This document shows, piece by piece, positions 1-9,668 of a DNA stretch of 64,000 bases (position 1 is the stretch's first letter; the number at the start of each line of letters is the position of its first letter). The DNA comes from Pseudomonadales bacterium. Its GTDB lineage: Bacteria > Pseudomonadota > Gammaproteobacteria > Pseudomonadales > UBA3067. The notes beneath the pieces are model-generated. The model made no database searches and had not been told where the DNA came from. It saw only the letters and a program-made list of their open reading frames with translations. The stretch lies in contig JBECKY010000031.1 of assembly GCA_040235475.1 (NCBI GenBank), positions 3,293-67,292 of the forward strand. Reading direction: 5' to 3'. Made by a program: the position numbers and the translations under genes.

Positions 1-600
1 CATGGCAACACCTGCTACCAGAATCAGCAAAGGCAGAGAAATACGATCACGAAAATCAGGCATACGTGTATGCAGCCATATGAAGGCTGTTGCCAAGGCT
101 GTTATTGCAAACGGTATTAAAAAATAAAATAACAGAATATGAGTGGGAGTAAAATCGGTATCACGAATAGTAACTTGATGCCAGGCCGCATCAGCCTCGG
201 TAAAAAGCGAAAAGAGAATGGCAAAAGATATTCCAAATGCAAGTAACATCGCCAACATCACCATGTAGACCCGCAACTCTTTTTGCGGCGACATTGCTTC
301 AACGGTATGCCTTGTAAACCAAAGATATGCGTTTGATGCAATACCTATAACCATGATAACAGGCACCTGAATATAAAATAAGGTCATCCAGTACTTCTGA
401 AACTCAGGCTCAAAATAATCAAGACCCACAGTAAAGGCGTATTTGTTGAGGTACAGCCGGTAAGCGCCAAAAATAAGCGCTACAGCCAAAACTATTCCAC
501 CCGTTACCCAAAGAGGAAGTTTATATGAAGTAGCTGAATCCGTCTTTGAGACGGATACTCCGCCAAGGGACGCTAAGTTTTTATTGAGTACGCTAGACAT
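1..600 (-). CDS. pmoC: Copper membrane monooxygenase subunit C (PmoC/AmoC family), N-terminal 200 codons; the gene continues beyond the left edge
   Basis: Truncated ORF, absent from the supplied track. My minus-strand translation from the ATG at 598-600 stays open for 200 codons to base 1: MSSVLNKNLASLGG..GLDYFEPEFQKYWMTLFY..AYLWFTRH..SPQKELRVY..LFTEADAAWHQVTIRDTDFTPTHILLFYF..WLHTRMPDFRDRISLPLLILVAGVAM. These blocks match the PmoC/AmoC signatures I know ([63 protein letters not shown]). GGAGG lies 5 nt upstream of the ATG. Confidence 0.85.
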   Translation of the reverse strand, partial: MSSVLNKNLASLGGVSVSKTDSATSYKLPLWVTGGIVLAVALIFGAYRLYLNKYAFTVGLDYFEPEFQKYWMTLFYIQVPVIMVIGIASNAYLWFTRHTVEAMSPQKELRVYMVMLAMLLAFGISFAILFSLFTEADAAWHQVTIRDTDFTPTHILLFYFLIPFAITALATAFIWLHTRMPDFRDRISLPLLILVAGVAM

Positions 601-914
601 TGGAACCTCCATATCACAGACTTAATAATAAACAGTATTATTAGCTTAAAACGGCTCACTCTATTCCTTAGTCAACATTAAGCAAGCACGACTTAGTAGA
701 ACAGTAGACTAAAAATGCAGCAAATAATACTGTCGAATCACGAAAATAGAGTTATTTTTTAGTTTAAGAAGAAATATAAAATACTGTTTTAACATCATTA
801 AGCTATTTTAATTCGCCAAAACCTTATTAGCTCTTAAGTCTTTGCAATTTCAATAAGTTGCAGTCTTCAGCAGATATTGGCTTCACCTTACTGAAAAACA
901 TCAAAAGTTAAAAT

Positions 915-1847
915 TTAAATCTCAGATGCACAGACTTCCTCAATACAAGCCGGCACCTGAAAAAAATCAGCGATGATTTCAGCCACTGCGGGGGCCTGCT
1001 CTTCAAGGTGCAGGTGGTGTCCGCCCTGCATGTGTTCTATTCTTAGATTGTTATGGCATTTAATCCTCTCATCGAGCAGTTCCTTGCTGTGCGGCACCCC
1101 CTTGTCAGCAAGGATCAGGCAGGTTGGCGCCGTTATCTGCTTAATAAATTCACAAAACTGCTCATGACTAATTATTGCTGGTGACATAAGTTTTAGCTTA
1201 GGATCCATGCGCCAAGTATAACCATCCCCTTCGCTGACACAGGAGCGCTCCGTTAAAATCCGGGCCCCCGCCTCACTGATTTTAAAAAAACCAGCAACTC
1301 TGGCCTTAACCATGGCATCCAGGCTGGGATAAACAGGCGGCTTCTTGCCACGAAGTCTGCGAATTCGCTGATACATCTTACGATTCATCTCAGGAATAAT
1401 CGCTGCTGAGAAATTACTTGGCGTGCCAAAACCTTCTATCAACATCAACTGTTCTACTTTTTCTGGCTCAGTCCCGGCAATAATCGTAGCGATATGTGCA
1501 CCCATGGAGTGCCCCATTAAACTGAAAGTGCCCCAGCCCAGCTGCTCGGCAATTTCGAGTATGTCGTAAACGTATTCAAAAAAATAATACTGGCCCCAGC
1601 CAGGGCGATGGTCACTGTAGCCATGACCGGCCAAATCCACTGAGCATATTCGCAGTGACGGTAATAAAGGCGCTATAACATCATAAGTATTGGCATTATC
1701 AAGCCAGCCATGAAGAGCAATTACAGGTTTACCATCCTTAGGACCCCAGACTTTGGCCCGGTAGGTCAGTCCATTTACACTGAACTCTTTTTCTTCCACG
1801 AATTCATCAACTGCAAGACGGCTTGCCATCGAAGTCATACTGCTCAC
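915..1847 (-). CDS. Alpha/beta-fold hydrolase, paralog 1 of a tandem pair
   Basis: 310-aa ORF with HGWLDNANTYD, the nucleophile elbow GHSMGAH and a C-terminal GGHHLHLE. Roughly half the residues are identical by eye to the neighbouring ORF at 2082-2999. The start may be the ATG at 1838 rather than the GTG at 1847. Confidence 0.8.
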   Translation of the reverse strand: MSSMTSMASRLAVDEFVEEKEFSVNGLTYRAKVWGPKDGKPVIALHGWLDNANTYDVIAPLLPSLRICSVDLAGHGYSDHRPGWGQYYFFEYVYDILEIAEQLGWGTFSLMGHSMGAHIATIIAGTEPEKVEQLMLIEGFGTPSNFSAAIIPEMNRKMYQRIRRLRGKKPPVYPSLDAMVKARVAGFFKISEAGARILTERSCVSEGDGYTWRMDPKLKLMSPAIISHEQFCEFIKQITAPTCLILADKGVPHSKELLDERIKCHNNLRIEHMQGGHHLHLEEQAPAVAEIIADFFQVPACIEEVCASEI

Positions 1848-2081
1848 CTTTACTAATTCAATACTGCTTGCAGGTAGCCTTTAGGTAAAAAAGCTATTTC
1901 AAACAGTTGTTTTAAAGTAGCTGGGCACTGTAACGGAAAAAATTGATAAGCACCAGTTTTTGTTAAAAAAGCATAGGTATTTAATGAGAAATAATCATCT
2001 ATTTTCTTAAAATTAATAGGGTTACTGCTTATACCTAATGTAAAATATTATTTAAAACAGTCTTTAGCCCTGGCGCCCGCA

Positions 2082-2999
2082 TCAAGCAGAAGCAGTTAAA
2101 AAAAATTGCATGATATCGGCAATGGTTTGCGCCTCTCCCTCAAGGTGCAAATGGTGTCGGCCAGAAATTTTCTCTACTGTCAGTGCTCGATGAACCTTTA
2201 CTCGCTCATCCAGATCCATCACTTGCAGAGGGATACCATTTTCTGCAATGACCAAGCAGGTAGGAGCGCTAATATTGGCAATAAAAGCTTTGGTTTCAGT
2301 ATCAGATAAACGGATCGGGGAAGGATGGCGTAATCTTGGGTCTGAGCGCCACGTCCAACCGCCATCAACTTGTTTAACGCCGCGCTGACAAAGAATTCTG
2401 GCCGCCGCTTCGTTCACCACCGTCCCACCCTTCATACGCTTTTGGACAATGGTGTCAAAGTCCTCGTAAAAGACGACGCGATCGGGATTGTAAGCCTGAT
2501 TTTTTTGAATCGCTTGCCTTAACTGCTCAATGCCTTGATGGGCAGAACGTGATGGCGGGCCAAAACCTTCTATTAACACCGCACGCTCTATTCTCTCGGG
2601 GAAAGTACCGGCAAGCAAAGTTGACACATTAGCACCAAGGGAATGACCAAGAATAGAAAATGTATCCCAACCTAGCGCATTAGTCGCAGCAATTGCATCA
2701 GCAACATAATCGGTAACATAATAATGACTTCCCAGTGGCCGGTGTTCACTCAGGCCGTGGCCAGCCATATCAAGGGCGCAGATGTGGTAATCGCTTAATA
2801 GCGGCGCCAGTAAATCAAACGTATTGGCATTATCCAACCAGCCGTGCAAGGCTAAAATTCGCTGGCCGTCTTCAGGCCCCCAGAGCTTGGCTGCCAGTTC
2901 CAGGCCATTAGCATCAAGGATAATTTCATCGTACCGCATGTCGATAGCGTCTCTTTTATTTTTTGATCTTTTATGCAACTTAAGCAAATCAGCCAACAC
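2082..2999 (-). CDS. Alpha/beta-fold hydrolase, paralog 2 of a tandem pair
   Basis: 305-aa ORF with HGWLDNANTFD, GHSLGAN and GRHHLHLE, colinear with 915-1847. The GTG at 2999 gives the longest ORF. The ATG at 2939 (MRYDEIILD..) aligns better with the paralog's N-terminus. Confidence 0.8.
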   Translation of the reverse strand: MLADLLKLHKRSKNKRDAIDMRYDEIILDANGLELAAKLWGPEDGQRILALHGWLDNANTFDLLAPLLSDYHICALDMAGHGLSEHRPLGSHYYVTDYVADAIAATNALGWDTFSILGHSLGANVSTLLAGTFPERIERAVLIEGFGPPSRSAHQGIEQLRQAIQKNQAYNPDRVVFYEDFDTIVQKRMKGGTVVNEAAARILCQRGVKQVDGGWTWRSDPRLRHPSPIRLSDTETKAFIANISAPTCLVIAENGIPLQVMDLDERVKVHRALTVEKISGRHHLHLEGEAQTIADIMQFFLTASA

Positions 3000-3014
3000 C
3001 TATTTGATTGATTG

Positions 3015-3944
3015 TTAATAAACAGGCTTCAGCGTGTAACCTTGCTCTGTTAACAAGTTGATCAAGCCTTGTTTTCCTGTTAAGTGCAAAGCACCAACAG
3101 CAATCAGGGCGCTCCCTTCTAACAAGCGCGGCTGCATGCGTTTTAACATTCTTAAATTTCTGTCATCAACCAATGTTTTCATCATCTTGCGCGCCATATC
3201 ATGATCCATTTCTTTTATATGCGCGTTGCTGATCTCAGCCAGCTGCTTCAGATCCCCTTGCAGGTAAACCGACAGCATTTGCTCCATCATCGAATCTCTT
3301 TTCGCCAGGTCATCCACGGTTTGTTTCAATAGCACTAATTGATCTTGATGGGACATGGAATCAAAAATCGACAATTGCTCATCCAACGTCTCCAGGCCAT
3401 ACACATTTTTACCATGCTCAAGGCCATAGTTATAAATCAGCGCATCCATAAATTTGGTCGGATCACCGTTGGGTGGCACACTCAAGGTTAACATCACTGC
3501 CCAAGGCTTTAGTTGCCTGACAATGTCCGGGGCCATATTGTACTTCTGCATTTCGGCTGTAATCTTACTAAAATACGCACTCCCCACGTCAGCCTCGAGG
3601 TTTGATCCCAGGGCCAGCATTCTCATCGCCACCGCCATTTGTGCTTCAGGGTCAAGCTTGGCTTCAATGCTAATACTGGATACCTGGGACATAACTTTCT
3701 TCAGTTCAGGTTTGAAATTAACAATACGTGGATCACTGACATGTACCGTACCCAACAAATAACTAGGCTTATGATCTGCTTTCTCTATTTTCCACAATAC
3801 CCCTTGCAGTGAAGCTTCAGCTTCAGCTTCAACTTCAGCATTGAGGCTGCTGACCAATAAAGTGCATAACAAAAATATTAACCACAGGTGAAAAGGTTTT
3901 TTTGTGTTTATAAAACCTGGAAACAGGCGTTTTGAAAATCTCAT
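3015..3944 (-). CDS. TraB/GumN family protein (secreted or periplasmic)
   Basis: Motifs GTVHVSD and ALIAVGALHLTGKQGLINLL are typical of the TraB/GumN family. I place the start at the ATG at 3944 (MRFSKRLFPGF.. then a hydrophobic signal segment) because GAGG sits 5 nt upstream. The longer track ORF (to 4010) would overlap sixA. Confidence 0.7.
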   Translation of the reverse strand: MRFSKRLFPGFINTKKPFHLWLIFLLCTLLVSSLNAEVEAEAEASLQGVLWKIEKADHKPSYLLGTVHVSDPRIVNFKPELKKVMSQVSSISIEAKLDPEAQMAVAMRMLALGSNLEADVGSAYFSKITAEMQKYNMAPDIVRQLKPWAVMLTLSVPPNGDPTKFMDALIYNYGLEHGKNVYGLETLDEQLSIFDSMSHQDQLVLLKQTVDDLAKRDSMMEQMLSVYLQGDLKQLAEISNAHIKEMDHDMARKMMKTLVDDRNLRMLKRMQPRLLEGSALIAVGALHLTGKQGLINLLTEQGYTLKPVY

Positions 3945-3955
3945 TTTTTCCTCGG

Positions 3956-4435
3956 CTAAATTGTTACTGGGTCGCGAAGCGATTTGATTTCGAGGCAAGC
4001 TTCTCCCCAAGTTTCACCAGTGAGCCAGACGCAAGCAGCTGTAGTCATCGGAATATCATTGGCTTCGACACCCCCACCTACCAAACTGGCAAGCAAGTGG
4101 CTCACCAATGGCAAATGACTCACCACAAGGGTATTAGGTTTCAGCAGTGGATCGAGACTGCGGATAGCAATGTGCGGGGGGGTGTTCGGTGTAATATCTG
4201 GACAGGTAATTATTTCGGTATCTATATTAAAAACCTGGGCAACAATTTGGGCAGTTTCAAAGGCACGAGTATAAGTGCTGGAAATAAGGCGTTCAATGTC
4301 AATGCTTTCGGCACGGATACTCTGGGCAACATTAAATACATCCCGCTTGCCCTTGTCAGTAAGGGTTCTTGCTGCATCGCTTGCAGCAGCTCTTACCGCG
4401 TCGCCATGACGCATTATCAAAATATTCATTATCAT
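3956..4435 (-). CDS. sixA: Phosphohistidine phosphatase SixA
   Basis: 159 aa with N-terminal ILIMRHGDA (the RHG motif of the histidine phosphatase superfamily) and a later VVSHLP. Size and motifs fit SixA. The antisense 185-aa ORF has no recognisable motifs. Confidence 0.75.
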   Translation of the reverse strand: MIMNILIMRHGDAVRAAASDAARTLTDKGKRDVFNVAQSIRAESIDIERLISSTYTRAFETAQIVAQVFNIDTEIITCPDITPNTPPHIAIRSLDPLLKPNTLVVSHLPLVSHLLASLVGGGVEANDIPMTTAACVWLTGETWGEACLEIKSLRDPVTI

Positions 4436-4450
4436 GTCACCAGGAAAGGC

Positions 4451-5473
4451 CTAAATAACAAACTCAACATCTTTATTATGTTCGCCTAACATCAATGAAT
4501 TAATTAATTGCTCTATATCCCGGCCTTCAAACAAAATTGCATTCAAGCCACTTACCAATGGCATATAAATATCAAGCTCTTTTGCTTTAGCGGCCACCAC
4601 CTTCACGGTATTTACCCCTTCAACAGTTTGATCCAATTCTTTCTCTGCCTCTTGAGGCGATAAACCCTGGCCAATTTTATAACCAAATTGATAATTTCGA
4701 CTCAGTGGCGATGAACAGGTGACAATTAAATCGCCCACGCCTGCCAAACCAAGAAAAGTCAGTGGATTACCGCCGAGTTTTTCCGCCATTCTGCTCATTT
4801 CAGCTAGGCTGCGGGTAATGAGCATGCTTTTGGTATTATCACCCATGCCTTTGGCGGCAGCTATACCAGCAGCAATCGCATAAATATTTTTTAATGCCCC
4901 CGCAAGCTCCACTCCGTAACGATCTTTGTTGCTATAAACACGAAAATAAGGCAGTTTGAGTATTTGCTGGACCACCGGTATAACTTGCTCATTATCACTG
5001 GCAACCACTGAGGCGGTAATTTTTTTGGCAATTATTTCTTTTGCTAGATTAGGCCCGCTTAAAACAGCAATATTATTGCTTCCAGTTTCAGCTTTAATGA
5101 TCTCGCTCATCAACATAAAAGTATCGGCATCGATACCTTTTGCCGTGCTAACCAGCACTTGCTCAGCTTTTATTTCAGTTTTAAGCTGCTTTAAAACACT
5201 GCGGTAGGATTTACTTGGCAATGCAAAAAAAATAACGCTGGCATCGCGACAGGCTGTAGTAATATCACTTTGATAACGAATCGCAGGATTAAGCGCCACA
5301 CCCGGAAGGTATTGCGAATTTTCACCGGATCGGGACATTGCCTCGGCTTTTTCCGGATTTCTAACCCAAAGACAGACATTCTGGTCATTATCTGCAAGCA
5401 TGTTCGCAAGCGCAGTGCCAAAACTGCCTGCACCTAAAACACAAACTGAATACTTTTTAGAACCTTGTTTCAA
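4451..5473 (-). CDS. gpsA: NAD(P)H-dependent glycerol-3-phosphate dehydrogenase
   Basis: 340 aa with an N-terminal Rossmann motif VLGAGSFGTALA, then NxxYLPG, GPNLAKE and GLAGVGDLIVTC, all typical of GpsA. Confidence 0.9.
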   Translation of the reverse strand: MKQGSKKYSVCVLGAGSFGTALANMLADNDQNVCLWVRNPEKAEAMSRSGENSQYLPGVALNPAIRYQSDITTACRDASVIFFALPSKSYRSVLKQLKTEIKAEQVLVSTAKGIDADTFMLMSEIIKAETGSNNIAVLSGPNLAKEIIAKKITASVVASDNEQVIPVVQQILKLPYFRVYSNKDRYGVELAGALKNIYAIAAGIAAAKGMGDNTKSMLITRSLAEMSRMAEKLGGNPLTFLGLAGVGDLIVTCSSPLSRNYQFGYKIGQGLSPQEAEKELDQTVEGVNTVKVVAAKAKELDIYMPLVSGLNAILFEGRDIEQLINSLMLGEHNKDVEFVI

Positions 5474-5736
5474 TGCTTAACCTTATTTATGGATGTTTAT
5501 TTCATCGTTATATTGATAGTTTGTAACATAAGACTCGCCATTATGTTGTTTAATATACGAGTTGCAGATGAATATATACAATAGACAGAGGAATTTTATA
5601 AATCATGTTAGTTTATTATTTAGGAGGGACACTGCTCCGATTCACTTTGAATAAGTAAATTAGATGGTATTTTTGTTATTATTTTTTCAATTCAAGTCAT
5701 ACAGTTCAGGCGAACTTACTTAAAGCCTGTTTAAAA

Positions 5737-5979
5737 CTAGTGGATAGTTCGAGTTTCCTGTTCGGAACCACTGTCCTCTTGATCATAGAGGTTACCCACT
5801 GTTTGTACACCCGCACTAATCATCGCCCGGCCGACTTCACTTTTCATCTCACCGAGATATTCAAGGGCTTCTTCTGAGAAATTTATTTTAATCAAAGGCG
5901 CACTTTCATCATCCGCTCTTTTTAGAACAATTTCTCCACTTGAGGTTTCTATTATTTCAAATAATGAAGACATAACCAT
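5737..5979 (-). CDS. Small acidic hypothetical protein
   Basis: 80-aa ORF in a clean intergenic slot, on the same strand as its neighbours. No motif recognised. The start could be the third codon (MSSLFEII..). Confidence 0.45.
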   Translation of the reverse strand: MVMSSLFEIIETSSGEIVLKRADDESAPLIKINFSEEALEYLGEMKSEVGRAMISAGVQTVGNLYDQEDSGSEQETRTIH

Positions 5980-6080
5980 TAGCCTTGTTCAGTTAGTATA
6001 ATTAGTGCCCATTCAGAAATAGGCGCTAATTAGAACTCTATCACGATATTCAGCGTTTTGGTATATCAGTGTGAATACAC

Positions 6081-6650
6081 TTAATATTCTTGCAGGGTAT
6101 CACGTAATTCATCAACCAAGTCTTTTAGCTCGTTATACAGCAGTTGCAGCTCACTGGAAAAATCATCTACGCTGTCTTTTTTACCTTTTATTTCAATCAG
6201 TTGTATTTTTTTTTGTTTGCTGACAGCAAAATCTGTAGCCAAGTGTTCACCATTACCCATGGATTCACAGCTTAAACCGCCATTCACCGACTGCGCAAAG
6301 CGCATAAACAAGACGCTCAGAAAACTGTCCTTGTCACTTGCTAACTGCTTTAAATATATCAACTCAGGCGAGGAAAAATTCTTTATAGCAAGAGCATTTT
6401 CAAGCTTTGCAAGAAACACATTTGAGGTATCCAAATCAACCAGAGGCAGTGATAATTCAAGTCCGTAGTAATCAGCAATTTCCAGCACCAGCGCCCGATA
6501 GGCAAAAAATAATTGCATAACACAGCTTTCAACGCAGGCCTGTCGCTCCAGATAATTACTGTTATTTGCTGCAAGCAACTTTAATTTCGCCAGTTGCACA
6601 TGGGCAAAATAAAGTTTTTGATTGGTCAGGTTTCGTGCGTCAACGGCCAT
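6081..6650 (-). CDS. Hypothetical helical protein located next to topA
   Basis: 189-aa ORF ending 37 nt before... rather, starting 37 nt downstream of the topA stop on the same strand. Amphipathic, helix-like sequence with no catalytic motif recognised. Confidence 0.55.
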   Translation of the reverse strand: MAVDARNLTNQKLYFAHVQLAKLKLLAANNSNYLERQACVESCVMQLFFAYRALVLEIADYYGLELSLPLVDLDTSNVFLAKLENALAIKNFSSPELIYLKQLASDKDSFLSVLFMRFAQSVNGGLSCESMGNGEHLATDFAVSKQKKIQLIEIKGKKDSVDDFSSELQLLYNELKDLVDELRDTLQEY

Positions 6651-6687
6651 GCTTGTTTCCGCTTGCTTTTAGAAAAGCCTAAAGACT

Positions 6688-9435
6688 TTAATCAGCTTTA
6701 GTTTTTTTCTTGGTTTTACTCACTGCCTTTTTGGCTGGTGCCTTTTTGGCTGTAGGCGTTTTTTTAACAGCGGGTGCTTTTTTAACAGCGGTGACTTTCT
6801 CAGCCGCCGGTGCTTCATGCTCCACCCATTTGTTATTTTGATAAAACGCTTTCCAGCCGCTTGCTTTATTATCCACTTCAGTCATCACATACTGTTCTTT
6901 GGTTTTACGACTAAAACGCACCACCGCTTTATTACCATCAGGGTCCTGGGTAGGTGCATCGGCCAAGTAACGGTATTTCTTATCCAACTGGTCTTTTACC
7001 TCAATCAATTCCTCCACAGTGGGGGCGCGGGTTTCCCGGTGTTTTGGAAATTGACTGGCAGCAAGAAAAATACCCGCAGCACCATCACGCAAAACAAAAT
7101 GATCCGGGGTTTTTTCACACTGCAGATGAGGCATATCAATAGGGTCAACCTTGGGCGGCGCTGGTTCGCCACTTCGTAACAGTTTACGGGTATTTTTGCA
7201 TTCTTTATTGCTGCAGCCAAAGTATTTTCCGAAACGGCCGGTTTTAAGTTGCATATCGGCACCGCAGCGATCACATTCCAAAACCGGACCTTCATAGCCC
7301 TTGATTTTAAACTGGCCTTGTTCTAACTCAAAGCCGTCGCAATCCGGATTATTGCCACAAACATGCAGTTTACGGTTTTCATCAATGAGATAACTGTCCA
7401 TAGCGGTGTCGCATTTTTTACAACGCTTTCTGTTGAGCAATAAACGCGACTCGGCTTCATCATCATCTTCACTAACGGCCTCATCGCCTGGAATCAGGTT
7501 AATGGTAGATTTACACCTTTCCTTCGGTGGCAAACCATAGCCTGAGCAACCCAGAAACACCCCGGTACTGGCGGTTCGAATTTGCATATGTCGTCCGCAT
7601 TTAGGGCATTTAATATCTGTATCGGTGGGGTTATTGCTGCGCATCCCCCCTTCTGCCCGTTGCGCTATGGCAAGTTTTTTAGTGAAGGTGCTATAAAAAT
7701 CATTCAGAACTTTTTTCCATTCCAGTTCGGAGTTAGCCACTTTGTCCAGTGTCCGTTCCATTTCAGCAGTAAAACCATAGTCCATCAGGTCATCAAAGTT
7801 TTCTATTAAGCGCTCCGTAACAACGTCTCCCATCTTTTCGGCATAAAAACGTTTATTTTCCAGTTTTACGTAACCTCGATCCTGAATCGTGGAAATGATC
7901 GAGGCGTATGTAGACGGCCTGCCAATACCCTGCTTTTCCAATTCTTTAACCAGCGCCGCTTCACTATAGCGCGCAGTAGGTTTGGTAAAATGCTGACTCG
8001 GGTCGAGTTTATCCAGCTTGAGTACTTCGCCGACTTTCACATCGGGCAGCACCACGTTTTCTTTATGGCTTTTACCTGCGGGAGGCTGGGCTTTTGTATA
8101 ACCATCAAAAACCAAGATTCTACCGCGGGTACGCAGTTCAAAATCATCAGCGGTGACGACAATACTGGAACTTAGATATTCCGCTGGCGGCATTTGGCAA
8201 GCAACAAATTGACGCCAGATCAATTCGTAAAGTCTTTCGGCATCACGGTCAACATTGCTTAGCTGCGTGGATGAAATATTAACGTCAGAAGGCCGAATCG
8301 CTTCATGAGCTTCCTGAGCCCCGGACTTGCTGCTGTAGTGCTGTGCTTGCTCAGGCAGATATTTTTTACCGTATTTTTTTTCAATAAATTCCCGACAATT
8401 GGCGATCGCATCATTACTCAAATTAGTGGAATCGGTTCGCATATAAGTAATGTAACCGGCTTCATAGAGCCGTTGGGCCATCGTCATGGTTTTTTTTACA
8501 CTAAAGCCCAGGCGAGTACTCGCCGCCTGTTGCAGTGTCGAGGTGATATAGGGTGCAGAGGGTCGAGTTTTAGTCGGCTTGTCTTCCCGGGTAGTGACCT
8601 TAAACTCAGCGCTTTTCAATAACAGCAAGGCAGCATCGGTGGTTTCCTTGCTGGTCGGGCGAAAGTTTTTCCCAGCCTGCTTCGTCACCTGCAGCAATAA
8701 AGGATCTGCCCCAGCGGTAAAGGTGTGGGCTTGTACTTCCCAAAACTCCTCGGGGATAAAGGCTCGAATTTCTTTTTCCCGTTCAACAATTAAACGTACA
8801 GCTACCGACTGCACCCGTCCAGCCGACAAGCCGCGAGCGACTTTGGCCCATAACAGTGGTGAAACCATAAAACCCACAACCCGATCGAGAAAACGCCGTG
8901 CCTGCTGGGCATTAACTCGGCTCATGTTCAGACTGCCGGGCTTTTTGAAAGCTTCCTGAATGGCAACTTTGGTAATTTCATTAAAAATCACGCGCTTAAA
9001 GCGTTTGCTGTCTCCACCAATCACTTCTCGCAAATGCCAGGCAATGGCTTCTCCTTCGCGATCAAGGTCAGTCGCCAGATAGATGGTATCGGCCTCCTTG
9101 GCTAGCTTCTGTAGCTCTGTAACGACTTTTTCTTTACCAGGAAGGATCTCGTAGCTGGCTTTCCAGCCCTTATCCGGGTCAATACCCATTCTGGCAATCA
9201 AGGCCCTTTGGGCATTTTTCTTTTTGTGCGCCTCGCGCTTGGCTGGAGGCATTTTTCGAGTGATGGCAGCCTGTCGAGCCCGCTCTTTAGGATCTATCGG
9301 GTTTTTATTATTACCACTGACGGGTAAATCCCTGACATGGCCAACGCTCGACTTCACGATAAAATCTTTACCAAGATATTTATTGATTGTTTTGGCTTTT
9401 GCGGGTGATTCGACAATGACCAGAGATCTTCCCAT
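6688..9435 (-). CDS. topA: DNA topoisomerase I with a Lys/Ala-rich C-terminal tail
   Basis: 915 aa. Toprim N-terminus [18 protein letters not shown], catalytic tyrosine block [10 protein letters not shown], several Cys4 zinc-ribbon repeats (CPKCG..C, CKKCD..C, CDRCG..C), and a tail [31 protein letters not shown]. Confidence 0.95.
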   Translation of the reverse strand: MGRSLVIVESPAKAKTINKYLGKDFIVKSSVGHVRDLPVSGNNKNPIDPKERARQAAITRKMPPAKREAHKKKNAQRALIARMGIDPDKGWKASYEILPGKEKVVTELQKLAKEADTIYLATDLDREGEAIAWHLREVIGGDSKRFKRVIFNEITKVAIQEAFKKPGSLNMSRVNAQQARRFLDRVVGFMVSPLLWAKVARGLSAGRVQSVAVRLIVEREKEIRAFIPEEFWEVQAHTFTAGADPLLLQVTKQAGKNFRPTSKETTDAALLLLKSAEFKVTTREDKPTKTRPSAPYITSTLQQAASTRLGFSVKKTMTMAQRLYEAGYITYMRTDSTNLSNDAIANCREFIEKKYGKKYLPEQAQHYSSKSGAQEAHEAIRPSDVNISSTQLSNVDRDAERLYELIWRQFVACQMPPAEYLSSSIVVTADDFELRTRGRILVFDGYTKAQPPAGKSHKENVVLPDVKVGEVLKLDKLDPSQHFTKPTARYSEAALVKELEKQGIGRPSTYASIISTIQDRGYVKLENKRFYAEKMGDVVTERLIENFDDLMDYGFTAEMERTLDKVANSELEWKKVLNDFYSTFTKKLAIAQRAEGGMRSNNPTDTDIKCPKCGRHMQIRTASTGVFLGCSGYGLPPKERCKSTINLIPGDEAVSEDDDEAESRLLLNRKRCKKCDTAMDSYLIDENRKLHVCGNNPDCDGFELEQGQFKIKGYEGPVLECDRCGADMQLKTGRFGKYFGCSNKECKNTRKLLRSGEPAPPKVDPIDMPHLQCEKTPDHFVLRDGAAGIFLAASQFPKHRETRAPTVEELIEVKDQLDKKYRYLADAPTQDPDGNKAVVRFSRKTKEQYVMTEVDNKASGWKAFYQNNKWVEHEAPAAEKVTAVKKAPAVKKTPTAKKAPAKKAVSKTKKKTKAD

Positions 9436-9668
9436 GTATTATTTCCAGATAAAACCGATAGTTACAGAATATTAAATTGCTTAAAAACGACATATATAAG
9501 TGCATTCACCCTGCTGGGTCAAGAACTAGTGCAATTTATTGCTGAAGCAGTTAGCGAAAATCGCCGAAATTAATCAAGAGCTCATCCAAAGAGAGTGTAA
9601 TTATTAAACACTTCTGGAAAAGTAAAGCTTGTTTTACTTTTAGGCTGAAAACTAAAAAGAATTATGCT

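Noticed and set aside
3945-4010. 22-codon N-terminal extension of the TraB/GumN ORF in the track (start at 4010)
   Set aside because: It would overlap the sixA 3' end by 55 nt. The internal ATG at 3944 has a GAGG ribosome-binding site and is followed directly by a signal-peptide-like segment.
3932-4489. 185-aa plus-strand ORF covering the sixA region
   Set aside because: No motifs. The minus-strand frame has the RHG phosphatase signature and fits operon spacing with gpsA and the TraB/GumN gene.
5999-6032. 11-bp imperfect hairpin (TAATTAGTGCC..GGCGCTAATTA) downstream of the 189-aa gene. AT-only hairpins at 9617-9640 and 27939-27953 are similar cases.
   Set aside because: None is followed by a U-run in the sense of the upstream gene, and the stems are AT-rich or contain a mismatch. 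The evidence is insufficient to call intrinsic terminators.
7573-7581. GGTTCGAAT, resembling a tRNA T-arm consensus
   Set aside because: It lies inside the topA coding frame with no matching acceptor or anticodon stems around it. No tRNA can be folded.
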